A DNA stretch of 64,000 bases from Lama guanicoe. Taxonomy: Eukaryota. Below the pieces are notes generated by a model, which searched no databases, had not been told where the DNA came from, and was given only the letters and a program-made list of their open reading frames with translations. The position numbers and the translations under genes were made by a program. The stretch spans positions 8,251,412-8,315,411 of the forward strand of contig MU054212.1 of NCBI GenBank assembly GCA_013239625.1, in the 5' to 3' direction. Shown here in pieces: positions 51,727 through 62,799 of this stretch; within the stretch, counting starts at the first letter, position 1; every line of letters starts with the position of its first letter.

Positions 51727-53001
51727 GTGTCTAAGAGTTTTGACTTGGTAGTGCTTCTAGAAAAACAGGAGAGCAGAAGATACAATTAGAAAATGCTCTA
51801 GGGGTTAGAACTGGACAGAGATAAGTGGTGCAAAGGTAATCACAGATTCTGGCAGGTTCTAAGTTGATCAAATGATTATAAGCCAATAGAATAAGACATG
51901 CAGAGTGCAAGAAAAGGAATGCTGTGAGTTCCTGGCTCATCTGGGGTCAGGTGGGAGTCTTATATGCTCTTTTTTATGTATAAATGGTCAAAGAAAATGG
52001 ATGGAAACAAGAGGCAGATGTGACTGGCTGGTGACAAACCTTCAGCTCTCATACAACTTGCCCCTCTCATTTCTAGATTTCTAGTAACTTAGAACAGGAA
52101 ACTACTAGATAATGGCCGAGGTAATGAATTATTTTGAGTGGAGAAAAGCTGTGAAACTGCAAAAGTTACTTCCACCCTCCCCAAAGTCCTCTAAACTTTA
52201 ATGCATTTTACAGATCAGGAAACTGAGGCTCAGAGAGGCTGCATAAGGCCACAGAATTAATCACTGGTAGAGTCAGGATTCAAGCAGAGATGCTGAACAT
52301 CAAGGCTTGCAGTTTCCCTCTAGGTCATCTGCCTTCCCTGCTGGAAGGAAGCAGGGCTGTAGCTGCACTGAGACAAAAAATAATTTAAAAACCCTTTTTA
52401 TTTAGCTTTGGAAAAGTTAGTTTTTATATGAAAAGAAATACTTCTTTCTGATATTCTTAGAGCTCACAACACTTCAAACACACAATAAAGTCTCACAATG
52501 ATTACTTGACCAAAGGAGAGGGCTAGCCAGCTTCCCTTGTCCTCACTCCCTACCAGAAATCCCAGATGGACAGCACCACCTCTTAGGACAGAACACTAAC
52601 GTTCACACTGTTCCTGGGTCTTAGATAGAAGTTCAAGTTTCCAGGCTGTGCTCGTTCAAAGGGGACAATTTATGAACCAAAACATAATACATAATACATA
52701 ATACAGGTAGAAGAATCATAAGCACCACTAATGAAGTCTCCGACTTCACCACTAATGAGAAATTTTCTGAAAGTAGTAAATAGGTCAACATATAAAGAGT
52801 ATAAATTGTAAATGGTATAAAGTGGTAATAAAATCATGCAGGGACAAAATTAGGGCTGTGGAAATCAGAACAGCAATGTAATTTATAGGATTTAAAATAC
52901 CTCTTCAAAGTCTGTAACTACATGAAGTCAAATTATGAGATCAGAGAAAACCGTGATCTTAGATGAATTGATTAGGAAAACATTAAGATTCCTATTCTTT
53001 C

Positions 53002-53397
53002 AGAAAGAAAAATACCATAAGATATCACTCATATGTGGAATCTAAAAAAGAAAAAAAGAACACCCTAAACTCATCTACAAAACAGAAACAGACTCGCAGA
53101 CACAGTAAACAATCTTATGGTTACAGGGGAAAGAGGGTTGAAAGGAATAAATTTGGGAGTATGAGATATACAAATTTTAGCCACTATATATAAAAATAGA
53201 TATAAAAAAGTTTCTTCTGTATAGCACAGGGAACTATGTTCAGTATCTTGTAACAACATTTAATGAAAAAGAATATGAAAACATATGTGTGTGTGTGTGT
53301 GTGTGTATACACACATGACTGGGACATTGTGCTGTACACCAGAAATTGACACATTGTAACTGACTATACTTCAATTTAAAAAAATAGTAACAAAAAA
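53002..53397 (+). mobile_element. Lineage-specific L1 3'UTR fragment containing a (GT)n run
   Basis: aaataccataagatatcactcatatgtggaatctaaaaa..tgtatagcacagggaactatgttcagtatcttg..ctgactatacttcaatttaaaaaaa; approximate TSD tattctttca. Confidence 0.9.
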
Positions 53398-53769
53398 TTT
53401 TTTATTCTTTCAATTATATATTTACATTAATACAAAAATATTAGGATCAACAGTTAACTGGAGTAATTCCTGGAAATGACAAAGGGAGATTAAAAGTAGA
53501 GTAAGAAATGATTACTTGAATATTTAGAAATTCTGGTACAGAAATAACTCAAGTAATCTAATATCTTCAGATTATAGGTACAGATTATAGATGCACTTTG
53601 GAGGAGAAATAAGCCATGGGTTTCTCTGTAGAAGAGTTCTTTTCTATGACAATCCCCTCCCCCGACTATTTCCCTACCTGTTCAGTGACCTGTATGGCCT
53701 AAAACCCTTTTAACTAGGGTCATGGGCTTTAGCTGCTCATTGACAAGTATGCTTCTAGCCTTAATGCTG

Positions 53770-54181
53770 TGTAGATGATGCTCCACTGCCCCCGCATCCC
53801 CGTTACAGCATGGTGCCTCCTTCCCCCAGCTGCTGTGAGCGCTGGCTCCTAACGACCTGCAGCTGCCCCCTTCTCTGGAGAGTTGCCCTGGCTGATGAAA
53901 GCTGCCTGGCCTAGGAAATTACCTCCATCCTCACCGGCCCCCCCAGTCCCTGCCTCAAGAAGAGACAACTCAGTAGTCCAGTTATGCTCTAGGGGATCCC
54001 CCCAAAAACCCCACCTCATGGATTAAGCCAAGGCCAGGTTTTACCCAGGACCACATCACTGCTTGATCTTTTCCCTTCCTAACCCTACCTCTCTCACTCC
54101 ATCACAGATTTCTCCTGAAGAGCATGCCCTCAGTAAATCACCTGCACTCAAATCTCCATCTCAGGCTCTTCCAGCAAGACA
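53770..54181 (+). mobile_element. ERVL LTR (LTR16C-like)
   Basis: cagctgctgtgag..gcagctgcccccttctctggagagttgccct..tttctcctgaagagcatgccctcagtaaatcacctgcac..tccatctcaggctct. Confidence 0.65.
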
Positions 54182-54921
54182 TACTGTTAGGCTAGTGAAG
54201 AACCTACAGGAAATTATATATTATATATTATATAACCAAAGGTGTAAGGTTGTAAAAATGACATGGTGACTCTTACAGTCCCATCACGGTGGATCCCTCC
54301 AATGATTTAAACATTAGGACCTAGGAGAAAGATGTGAAATGATCCACACTAATTCTTCAGAGGCGGAGCTAAGACCCTCAAGACTAAAGGGATATCAGCA
54401 TAATGAGATTTATCAGGAGCCCAGTCAAGGCCATTCAAAGCCATCTACTTAGGGATCAGCCATAAATGTAAGATGAGGAAATTTTGCTAAGGCCCAGGAA
54501 GGCTGAAAGATATAATCACTGCGGTGATAAGCTCACTGAGTCAACAACCTAATGCCACTGTGAAGGGGCAAACAAATAAAAAGATATAGAGTGCAACAAG
54601 AGCCAGGGGATGAATCTACTCTACATTTTAAACTAATCAGATCCTCATTGGAGTGCTTTTATTTTTTGATCCCCGTACTTCAAATGAACATGGAGACGCT
54701 GAAGCATGTCCAGAGAAATGAGCTACGAAGATCAGAGAGATGGAACACAGACGGAATCAGAGGCAGTGCAACCATCAGTGAGAACAAAGTCAAAGGGCAG
54801 GGTACTCACTACCCTCAAGCAGAGGTTGTTTTGTGAGGACTCTGCTAAACAAATAAAATAAAATGGAACGAAATTAAAGCTGGAAGTATTTCATATGGAC
54901 ACAGAGCAGTAGCTTAATACC

Positions 54922-55456
54922 ATATTAATTTGCTGGTCTGCCTGCCATAACAAAATACCACACACTGGATGGCTTAAGCAACAGAAATTTATTTTCTCAC
55001 AGTTCTGGAGGCTGGAAGTCCAAGATCAAAGCGTTGGCAGGTCTGGTTTCGTCTGAGGCCTGTCTCTCCTTGGCTTGCAGATGGCCACCTTCCCCCTGTA
55101 TCCTAATACAGCTGTCCCTCAGTTTGTGTTGTTTAGGTCCCGATCTCCTCTTCCTATAAGGACACCAACCGTATTGGATGAGGGCTCACCCTAACAATCC
55201 TGTTTTAACTTATTTACCTCTTTAAAGGCCCAATCTCAAATACAGTCACATTCTGAGGTACTGGGGGCTAGGGCTTTAACACAGAAGTTTGGGGCAGGGG
55301 CAGAGTATAGCTCAGGTGGTAGAGCGCATGCTTAGCATACACAAGGTCCTGGGTTCAATCCCCAGTACCTCCAATAAAAATAAATAAATAAGTAAACCTA
55401 ACCAAGTTCCCCCCCCAAAAAAAATTGTGGTGGGGGGACATAATTCAGCCCATAAT
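54922..55456 (-). mobile_element. MaLR LTR MLT1A/B-like, interrupted by a SINE
   Basis: ctgccataacaaaataccac..cagaaatttattttctcacagttctggaggctggaagtccaagatcaa..aaatacagtcacattctgaggtactggggg..ggacataattcagcccataa. Confidence 0.88.
55297..55423 (+). mobile_element. tRNA-Ala-derived SINE (vic-1 type)
   Basis: ggggcagagtatagctcaggtggtagagcgcatgcttagcatacacaaggtcctgggttcaatccccagtacctcc plus aaataagtaaaccta tail. Confidence 0.9.
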
Positions 55457-56071
55457 AAATATCAATATGAAAAGCCCAAGAAAGACTTGAAAAAATTATA
55501 GCAGTCTCTGTTATTCAAGACCTTAAAAGAAAGAAATAGAAATATGCTACCCTAACTGACTTAGACATTTACCTACTTCAAGGCAGGGGACTTCAGGAGA
55601 TGATTTTTTTAAATCCACTTTAATGTAGTTCTTGCTCGGTGCAGAAGATATTAAGTGGGCTCACTTTAATGACGTGTCAGGGAAGGCCGGGAAGGCGTCT
55701 CGGCCTCGGTATATAGATGCATGGATTCCCTTGCTGAATTGCCAAGGTCCGAGGTCTGGCCCTTGACCTTGTGGCCTCGTAAACCTAACTTTATCATCAT
55801 ACAATGAACAGATTTACCTCTGGGGGTTAACTCCCATTAGCCAAGCTCGTGAAACTGAACAATGAAACCATAATAACAATTAATGAGTCATGTAACCATC
55901 ACACAGACCAGACTAGACTAATGCATTTTCTTATTATAGCTAAGCGTCATGGGAATTTAATAAGATTGCTTGGTAAAGATAAAATCAGAAGGGTAGCTGG
56001 GTGTAACAAAAGTTTAATGAGAACAAGTTAATAAGCCTGATGTATCTGCTGCCCATAGGAATGATTTGGCC

Positions 56072-56738
56072 AGTAACAGCATCAAAGCCCTTTTGGTCAA
56101 GCTCACATCCACCCTTCAGTGCCCTGCCTGTGATACTGGAACATTTCTCCCTGGCCAGCAGGCATGATGTGAGCTTTACCAGCAGGGGCGCCAGACAGAC
56201 ACTGGAGGAGGAAGGGGCTTTTCTTTCTGGTTCTGGTGTGCTTTTGTCCTGGCAGCATGGTGAGCACTCAGCAGTGCTCACCTCCGGTTAGTTTCAGGGG
56301 CACCATCCCCGAAAGTTTCCAGCAAGTTCTGAGTCATGGTACCTCTGCAAGGGGGGACCTCCTGTCACCCCAGAGGGTAAGTTCTGCTCCCCAGCACACA
56401 CACGCCCTTCCCTTGTATCCGTGAATGGCTTCTCTCTGTACCCCAAAGACAGTTTCCCAGCAAGTTGGCCAGCACAGCGCTTCGGCGAACATGTCCATCC
56501 AGCTGTTTCTCTTCAACAAGCCCTGGGTCTCAGCTCTGACAGGGGAGGGGAGGATGCGGCACCCTCCTGCAGATCTGTTCCTCCCTTGGACGCTTGGCCT
56601 CGACCCCAGAGACTCCTTATGTGTGTTATTTCTGTATACTTTATGATTGTTTTCAATCAATAATTAATCCCCTGTCACAGTTAATAATTCTTAATATTAA
56701 ACTTTCCCTGTTCAAGCTACTATGTGGTTTCTGATACA
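56072..56738 (+). mobile_element. ERVL LTR (LTR41-like)
   Basis: atccacccttcagtgccctgcctgtgata..acatttctccctggccagc..; end taaactttccctgttcaagctactatgtggtttctgataca; resembles recalled LTR41. Confidence 0.6.
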
Positions 56739-57048
56739 TTATTCATCTCCATCTGAGGGACTACCTTGCCAGTAGGACCATAAGATTAAAAAACCAGAAA
56801 ACTGGTCTTTGAATATTATGGGTATTATTGGAGAATTTTATTAGAGACCTTAATTCTTAACCCCCAAATCAGATATTATATTGGAATTGTAGATTCTAGG
56901 CAGAGTCAATGGAAGAATATTTCTAGGCAAGGGGGCCTTTCCACCAGACTAATGAAAGCCACAAGTGTACTCGTCAAGAAAATGAACCACGCCATGGATT
57001 TAAGCCCTCCCCTCCGTTCTCAACCCCAAACGGACTGTGGCTCCTCAC

Positions 57049-57187
57049 CTCGCTCATAGAAAGCCTGGGCTTCCTGCGTCTTACTCTTACACTGGTTCTC
57101 CAAGGGCTGGAGCTGGATACTCAGTGACTCCAGCACTCCCACAGATGTCATTTCCTTCCAGATCGTTCCTTGGCCGTGAGCCGTGTC
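57049..57187 (-). CDS. ZSCAN30: ZSCAN30 coding exon 2 (linker)
   Basis: ctcctag|GAC; DTAHGQGTIWKEMTSVGVLESLSIQLQPLENQCKSKTQEAQAFYER plus 1 nt; donor G|gtgagg; 139 nt, phase 0 to phase 1. Confidence 0.92.
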
Positions 57188-57464
57188 CTAGGAGTAATCA
57201 AGCACCAACACTATGATTCTGAGAACAGACAAGAGGAAAACCCCTAGAATAACAGGGCAGGGCAGCCAGAGTCAGAAACTCATTTGGATGATTAGACAGA
57301 AAACAAGAAACTAAAAAGCCCTACTGACTCAATCCCAGTGGACAAATAATAACCTGAAAGACAAAAATGTTACGATTCTCTGGCAGCCGAGTCAAGGCCA
57401 CTCAGAACGGCTTCCCCAGCAACTTGCAATTGGTAAAACAAGCAAACAGAAAACACTTGCTTAC

Positions 57465-57598
57465 GGAGGGAGGGTGTAGCTCAAGTGGTAAAGTACGTGA
57501 CCAGCACACACAAGGTCCTGGGTTCAATCCCCAGTACTGCCATTAAACAAATAATTAAATAAACAGATCTGATTACCTAACCATTCCCCCCACTGGAA
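57465..57598 (+). mobile_element. tRNA-Ala-derived SINE whose TSD duplicates the ZSCAN30 splice donor
   Basis: ggagggagggtgtagctcaagtggtaaagtacgtgaccagcacacacaaggtcctgggttcaatccccagtactgcc plus tail; TSD agaaaacacttgcttac (57448-57464) / agaaaacatctgcttac (57599-57615). Confidence 0.92.
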
Positions 57599-57615
57599 AG
57601 AAAACATCTGCTTAC

Positions 57616-58023
57616 CTGTTGCCGTGGCTCATCAAGCTCTTTCTCCAGCTCCTCCAGCATCGCCACGGCTTCCTCTCCACTCTCTGGCCGGTTCTCCTGA
57701 AACCAGGCCTGCAGCTCCTCAGGCAGCATGGCCAGGAACTGCTCCAGCACCAGCAGCTCCAGGATCTGCTCCTTGGTGTGCACCTCCGGCCTCAGCCACT
57801 GACAGCACAGCTCGCGGAGCCGGCTCAGGGCCTCCCGGGGCCCCACGCAGTCAGAGTAACCGAACTGTCTGAACTGCTGGCGGAAGGCCTCCCGGCTACA
57901 GGCCTTTCCCTGAAGGCTAAAGTGCTGCCCCCAAACATAATTTTCTTCTTCAACCTTCACAATTATGAGTCCTTCTTGTTCTTTTGGAGCATGGTAGGTC
58001 AAGGCTGCAGACTTTCCTGCCAT
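57616..58023 (-). CDS. ZSCAN30: ZSCAN30 coding exon 1, SCAN domain (136 aa)
   Basis: [104 protein letters not shown]; acceptor ttttccacctcag|58127, donor CAG|gtaagc. Confidence 0.96.
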
Positions 58024-58679
58024 TCTGCACAGAGATGGTCTGAAGAGGCTGCCCAGTCGAGCAGGGAGGGGATGGGATGGAGGTCTGCGTCTGAGACCTT
58101 TCTGAATTCCAGCTCTCCAGGGAGCTCCTGAGGTGGAAAATGCTGATGTTACACAGGGAAGAAAATGTGCTTAGAATATAAACTCAGGTGTTTAAAGACC
58201 AGCTGCCATGGAGTGAAGCACTGTAAAGAAAACTGCCCAAAAGGGAGCTTCCGTATAAATGATACATTTATAGGTGATTCAGGAGTTTCTCAGGATGTGA
58301 AATAGAAAATTTAAGTATCACTGAAAACAATTCAACCTCTGGTAACAATGTGAGGGACAACATCAGGGATGATAAATAGTGCTGAAAGATCATGGGAAGC
58401 AGGGAAAACACTCCAGTATATTACTACTTCTCAGAATAAGCTCCGTTTTACTGAGCACCTACCAGATGCCAAGCACTAGCTAGATACTTAACATAAATTT
58501 TCTATAATTTCCCTAATAATTCTATTAGGACAGTCATAATTATGCCCATTTTCCAAACGAGGCTACTGAGAATCATGAGGGGAGCCAGTAAGAAGCAGAG
58601 CTGTACTCTGAACCAGAGTGTTTAGTTCTTTCAATTAAGCCACAGGGTCTCCCCAAGGAAGGGAATTTGCACTCAGGAA

Positions 58680-58875
58680 ACATCTATCACGGGCCAGGCT
58701 CTTTACAAATACAATTTTATTGGGGTTTGTAAGTAACACTAATAGGTGTGTATTATCACCCCCATTTTACAGATGAGGAAACCGAGGTTCTTGAAAGTTA
58801 AGTAATTTGCCCAACATCCCAAACTGGTATACAGCAAAGTCAAGGCTAGGATAGCCCAACTCTAAAGTACTTGCT
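58680..58875 (-). mobile_element. MIR SINE
   Basis: tattatcacccccattttacagatgaggaaaccgaggttc..gttaagtaatttgcccaac. Confidence 0.8.
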
Positions 58876-59899
58876 TTTTATAAAAATTACAGAATGGGTT
58901 AATGCCCAGGACAATCTTGATTGATACTATAAATTAAGAATGATGTGAAAACGTTAGGAAAAGGTCCTGGAGAACGGCCAGGATGAAGGTACAAACAAGG
59001 AAGAATTATTCTTGACTTTAAGTCACAAAGTTGTAAGACAGCACAAAGGAGAGAGAAATGGATTCCTTCACCCATTATCTCAGCAAATACTTGAGCTATG
59101 TGCTCCGCATTATCCTGAACAAACTCTCAGGATTAAAATGTCTGTCTTTAAAGGACTCCTGGTTTAGTATGGGAAAGTGACAGGCAAACAGGCAAACACA
59201 GCGCAACAAATCCAAGGATGGAGCAAAGCGAAGTAGTACAAGGAAAGACACCAAGACCCGGGGGAGCTGCCTGCCTGGGAGGAAACATCTCAGCGGAGTC
59301 TGATATGAGTGAGGCGCGTGAAGATGCAGAAGCAGGTCATTCAGGCAAGGACAGTGGGAATGAGAGGATGTGGCCAACCGAGGAAACTGCAGGTGATTCA
59401 GAGAGGCCAGACTGTCACCTTGCCATGGCTCAGAATCAGCTACCGAGCCTGGACCTCAGGACAGACTTACTGAATCAGAATCTCCATGGCTGGAGTTTCA
59501 GTAAGTGCCACAAATGCTTCTGATGTGCAGCCAGGGGTAAAAACCCTGAGCCAGAGCCTGGGGCCGAGTTAAGGAACAGTGAGAGAGGACAGACCTAAAC
59601 ACAGAGAAACCTGGCGGTACTTTTCTTCTTTATTTTGCAATATTTGAAAAGTGCTAAACTCATCTCCTTAATTATTATGACAAATTACATTTAAGAAATC
59701 CCACGACAATACATCGTCAGACCTGTGCATCGTGTATGCAGCATTTACCAAAGGCTGTATCGTACTGATGTGTGCTCTTTACTTAATGGTCACTGGTCAG
59801 TGTCTTGTATCTTGCCTTTATTTTCAAAATGTTTGTGATAGGATTTAATTTTTATTATAAATATTGTGCCTCAGCAACTTGTTCTCCATGGGTGGCTGA

Positions 59900-60500
59900 A
59901 GGGAAGTTTCTCATTACGAAGGACTGTCGCTGTTCCTTCTCCATCTCCTTCACAAGTCCACCCTCCTCTACATCAGAGTTCGAGAGGTCAGCCTTAAGTC
60001 CACCAGTGTTCTCACTCCCTCCCAGGCAATCTCATCCTTACCTTGCGTTACCAGCCATCGCTAGTCTGGACCTCCCATCTGAGCTCCAGCCTAGTTTACC
60101 CATTGTGACTCACTTCCATCACAACTCCTCTTGAATTTCTCAAAAAGACCTCCAACTCAGCACAACCATGACCACTTGATGATTCCTGCCATCCCAACCT
60201 GCTCTCCTCCCAGTGGTCCCCTCCCAGGAAGTAGGAACCACCATCCCCTGCACTGCCAGAAACCTGGAAGCATCCCTAACGCCTCTTTCCTGTATTTATT
60301 GCAAATTAAGTCCTACTGACTCGATTTCCTCTCTCTAGAATCTGCCCTTCCCCATCTCTGCCACAGCCATCTGCATTCCAGCAACTACCCTTTCTGTCAC
60401 ACTGCACAGTAATCCACAGTCTATTCACAGTGTAACCACAGTGACCTTTCCAAATGGCAAATCTCATCTTGTTCCTCCAACCAGTTTTAATAAAGCAAAA
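59900..60500 (+). mobile_element. L2 LINE fragment
   Basis: C/T-rich L2 body (tcctcccagtggtcccc..ggaaccaccatcc..gccagaaacctgga..gtgacctttccaaatggcaaatctcatc). Confidence 0.6.
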
Positions 60501-60539
60501 GCAAAAACAGGAAGAAAATCCTTTAGACACGGAGAGGCT

Positions 60540-60680
60540 CTCTTTGATTGTGCTCATCTCATCTTACAGATGCCTGGGCGGCACCCCAGCCTGAGTCAGA
60601 ACCTCCTGGGTGGCGTTATATACTTGTAAAATATTCCACAAGTGATTCTGCTGTGCAGGCAGGGTTGAGAACCCTGCGCC
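60540..60680. mobile_element. hAT-Charlie MER5A-like MITE
   Basis: cagatgcctgggcggcacccca..gagtcagaacctc..aagtgattctgctgtgcaggcagggttgagaacc; a similar remnant lies at ~59410-59550. Confidence 0.65.
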
Positions 60681-61180
60681 AGCCAAGGAATCATGAGAAA
60701 TGCACTCCTTCCCTCTCAGAGCACATCTCTCACTTTGTCAGTATACATGCTGTCGTGGGACTCCTGGGTTAACACCTGTCTTCTCCACGATTAGACTGTA
60801 AGCTGCATCAACGTTCTGGCTCACCACTTTCTCTCCATCACCCAATCCGAAGTATGAGAATCCAAAGAATGAGTGTCGCTACAGTCAAGAAAGGAGAGTT
60901 TCAAACAGGCAGTGGTCAACATCGCCAAATGCCTAATCAAGTCTGAAAAATGTCCCCGTTTCTCATACTGCAGGGAGGTAACAGCTCACAAGAAGAGCAC
61001 CAGTCTTGGAGTCCAGCAACCCAACAATTTGGAATCATAGGGTAGCCTCTTACTAGCTGTATGACCACTGAAACTTTCTGAGATTCTATTTCCTCTCCTA
61101 AAAATGGAGTTATAAATGCTTTCATTGCAGTGTTCTTATAGGAACTGGAAATAACATTAAATACCTAGAGTAGTGCCGGG

Positions 61181-61729
61181 TGTATTAAGCATGTCTTTTT
61201 ATTCTGATGCTTTGACATCTGGGGCCTTGCTGATACTGGAAGGACAGCCCTTCCCAGGGTTAGCAGAATCTAAGAAACAGTAAAGTAGCCTGCAAGCATG
61301 TCTTTCACATGCAGACCAACCAATCCAGAACTGCCCCACCCCACCCCGCTGCCCCTCACCTCCTGTAAGGGGCTTTCACAGCCAGGGTAATCCTGGCCCT
61401 GCCCTAACCACTCCCTAGGCCAGGTGCCAGACAATTAGGGACAATCCCTATGCCTCAGAGCTCACTGAAATTATTCAAACCAGCTCATCCTAAATCTGTT
61501 TACTTTGCCTCACCTGTTTCTTCCCACAGAAACCACCATAAACCACCTTCCTGCCCACTTTCCCCTCACTTTGCCTCCTGACTGACCTTGGTGCTTCACC
61601 ACGTGGCTCTGTGGGACATGGCATGCCCTGCCCTCCTGGGAACTGTAACAAACTACCTTTTCAATGGCAATCATCTCCTGACCTGTTGGCCTCACCATAC
61701 CTGAATAAGAAACTTAACATTTTAAAACA
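61181..61729 (+). mobile_element. ERVL solo LTR (MER74-like)
   Basis: tgtattaagcatg..tttgacatctggggccttgctga..gggaactgtaacaaactaccttttcaatggcaatcatctcctgacctgttggcctcaccatacctgaataagaaacttaacattttaaaaca. Confidence 0.75.
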
Positions 61730-62799
61730 CTTGGCCCAGAGTAGGTACTCAACAGACAGTAGACACGGGGCAAGGAAAAGGTAAATTTCATGTCAGAAGA
61801 CATTAGTTATACTATACGGTAAGTTTACTGGGGAAACTTACCAGCCAGGGGTGAGGAAAAGGAGCATAGGTTCCCTATCCTTCCAACATCCCACAGAAGG
61901 GAATTCTGGAGAGAGGCACTGGTATTTCAGGGGAGAGCTCCTTTTATCTTCTTGTAGTGTAAATGAGAGAAAGCAGCCTTGTCAATGGGGGGCGTAAGTC
62001 AACTGCTTTGGACCAGAAGTGTGGATTTAAGTGCCAGTTGTTTATGGAGCTGCCTAGGGAACACAGGTAGGGAACTGGAAGCCTGGGAGATGAGATTCTG
62101 GTCCCAGTCACCTCTTAGTTCAAGCAACCCAAGAACCTCCAGGGCACTTCTGGACAATCCTGCTGGCTGCAGTATAATGTATGGGCATTGTCTGCTTACT
62201 TAATTGTAACAGAAGACACTAATTGAGCTTTTATTATAGAGTCAAGCAGTGTCTACCAGTTAAGTCAAGCACTTAAAACAAGTGTCTTCAATCATTTCAC
62301 CTTCACAGCAGTCTACGGCCTAGTCTAGATTCTTCTGTTTTACAGAAGAGAAACAGAGAAGTTATGCAATTTGTCTCAGGTCACATAGATTCTAAGTGAT
62401 GTAGTTTGGACTGTTTTGAAACCAAATGGTCTGATTCCAGAGTCCATACGCTTCGATGTGTACTCTGCTGACCTGCCCTTTCACATCCGCCTCCCCAACC
62501 AGAGCCCTTTCTAAGAGAGCTTGTGTTTTTGCACATTACCAATAACAACGTTTATTGAGTGCCTACTTCGGGCAGGCACTGTGCTAGGCGCTGATCAAAG
62601 ACTCACACCACGGAACTTAAAAATAGTAGGAATCAGGTGTTAAAAAGCGCACAAAATTACCTGATTTAATCGCGGTAAGAACTACAAGGGAGAGAGGCGA
62701 AAGTGCTCTGAGAGTGACAGGTAAAGAATCTAACCTAGACTGGGGAAGCCAAGAAGGAAGGCTGAGCCCGGACTCAAGAGCGAGCTCTGGGCCCGTGAA

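Noticed and set aside
55620..55790. Small CpG-containing patch in ZSCAN30 intron 3 with nuclear-receptor-like ccttgaccttg, considered as a cryptic exon or retrocopy
   Set aside because: No recognisable translation, clear splice pair, poly(A) or TSD; the motif alone is insufficient
61818..61842. Short hairpins (ggtaagttt..aaacttacc; also ttttaagga..tccttaaaa near 30925)
   Set aside because: 9-bp stems are expected by chance in 64 kb; no pre-miRNA-length structure
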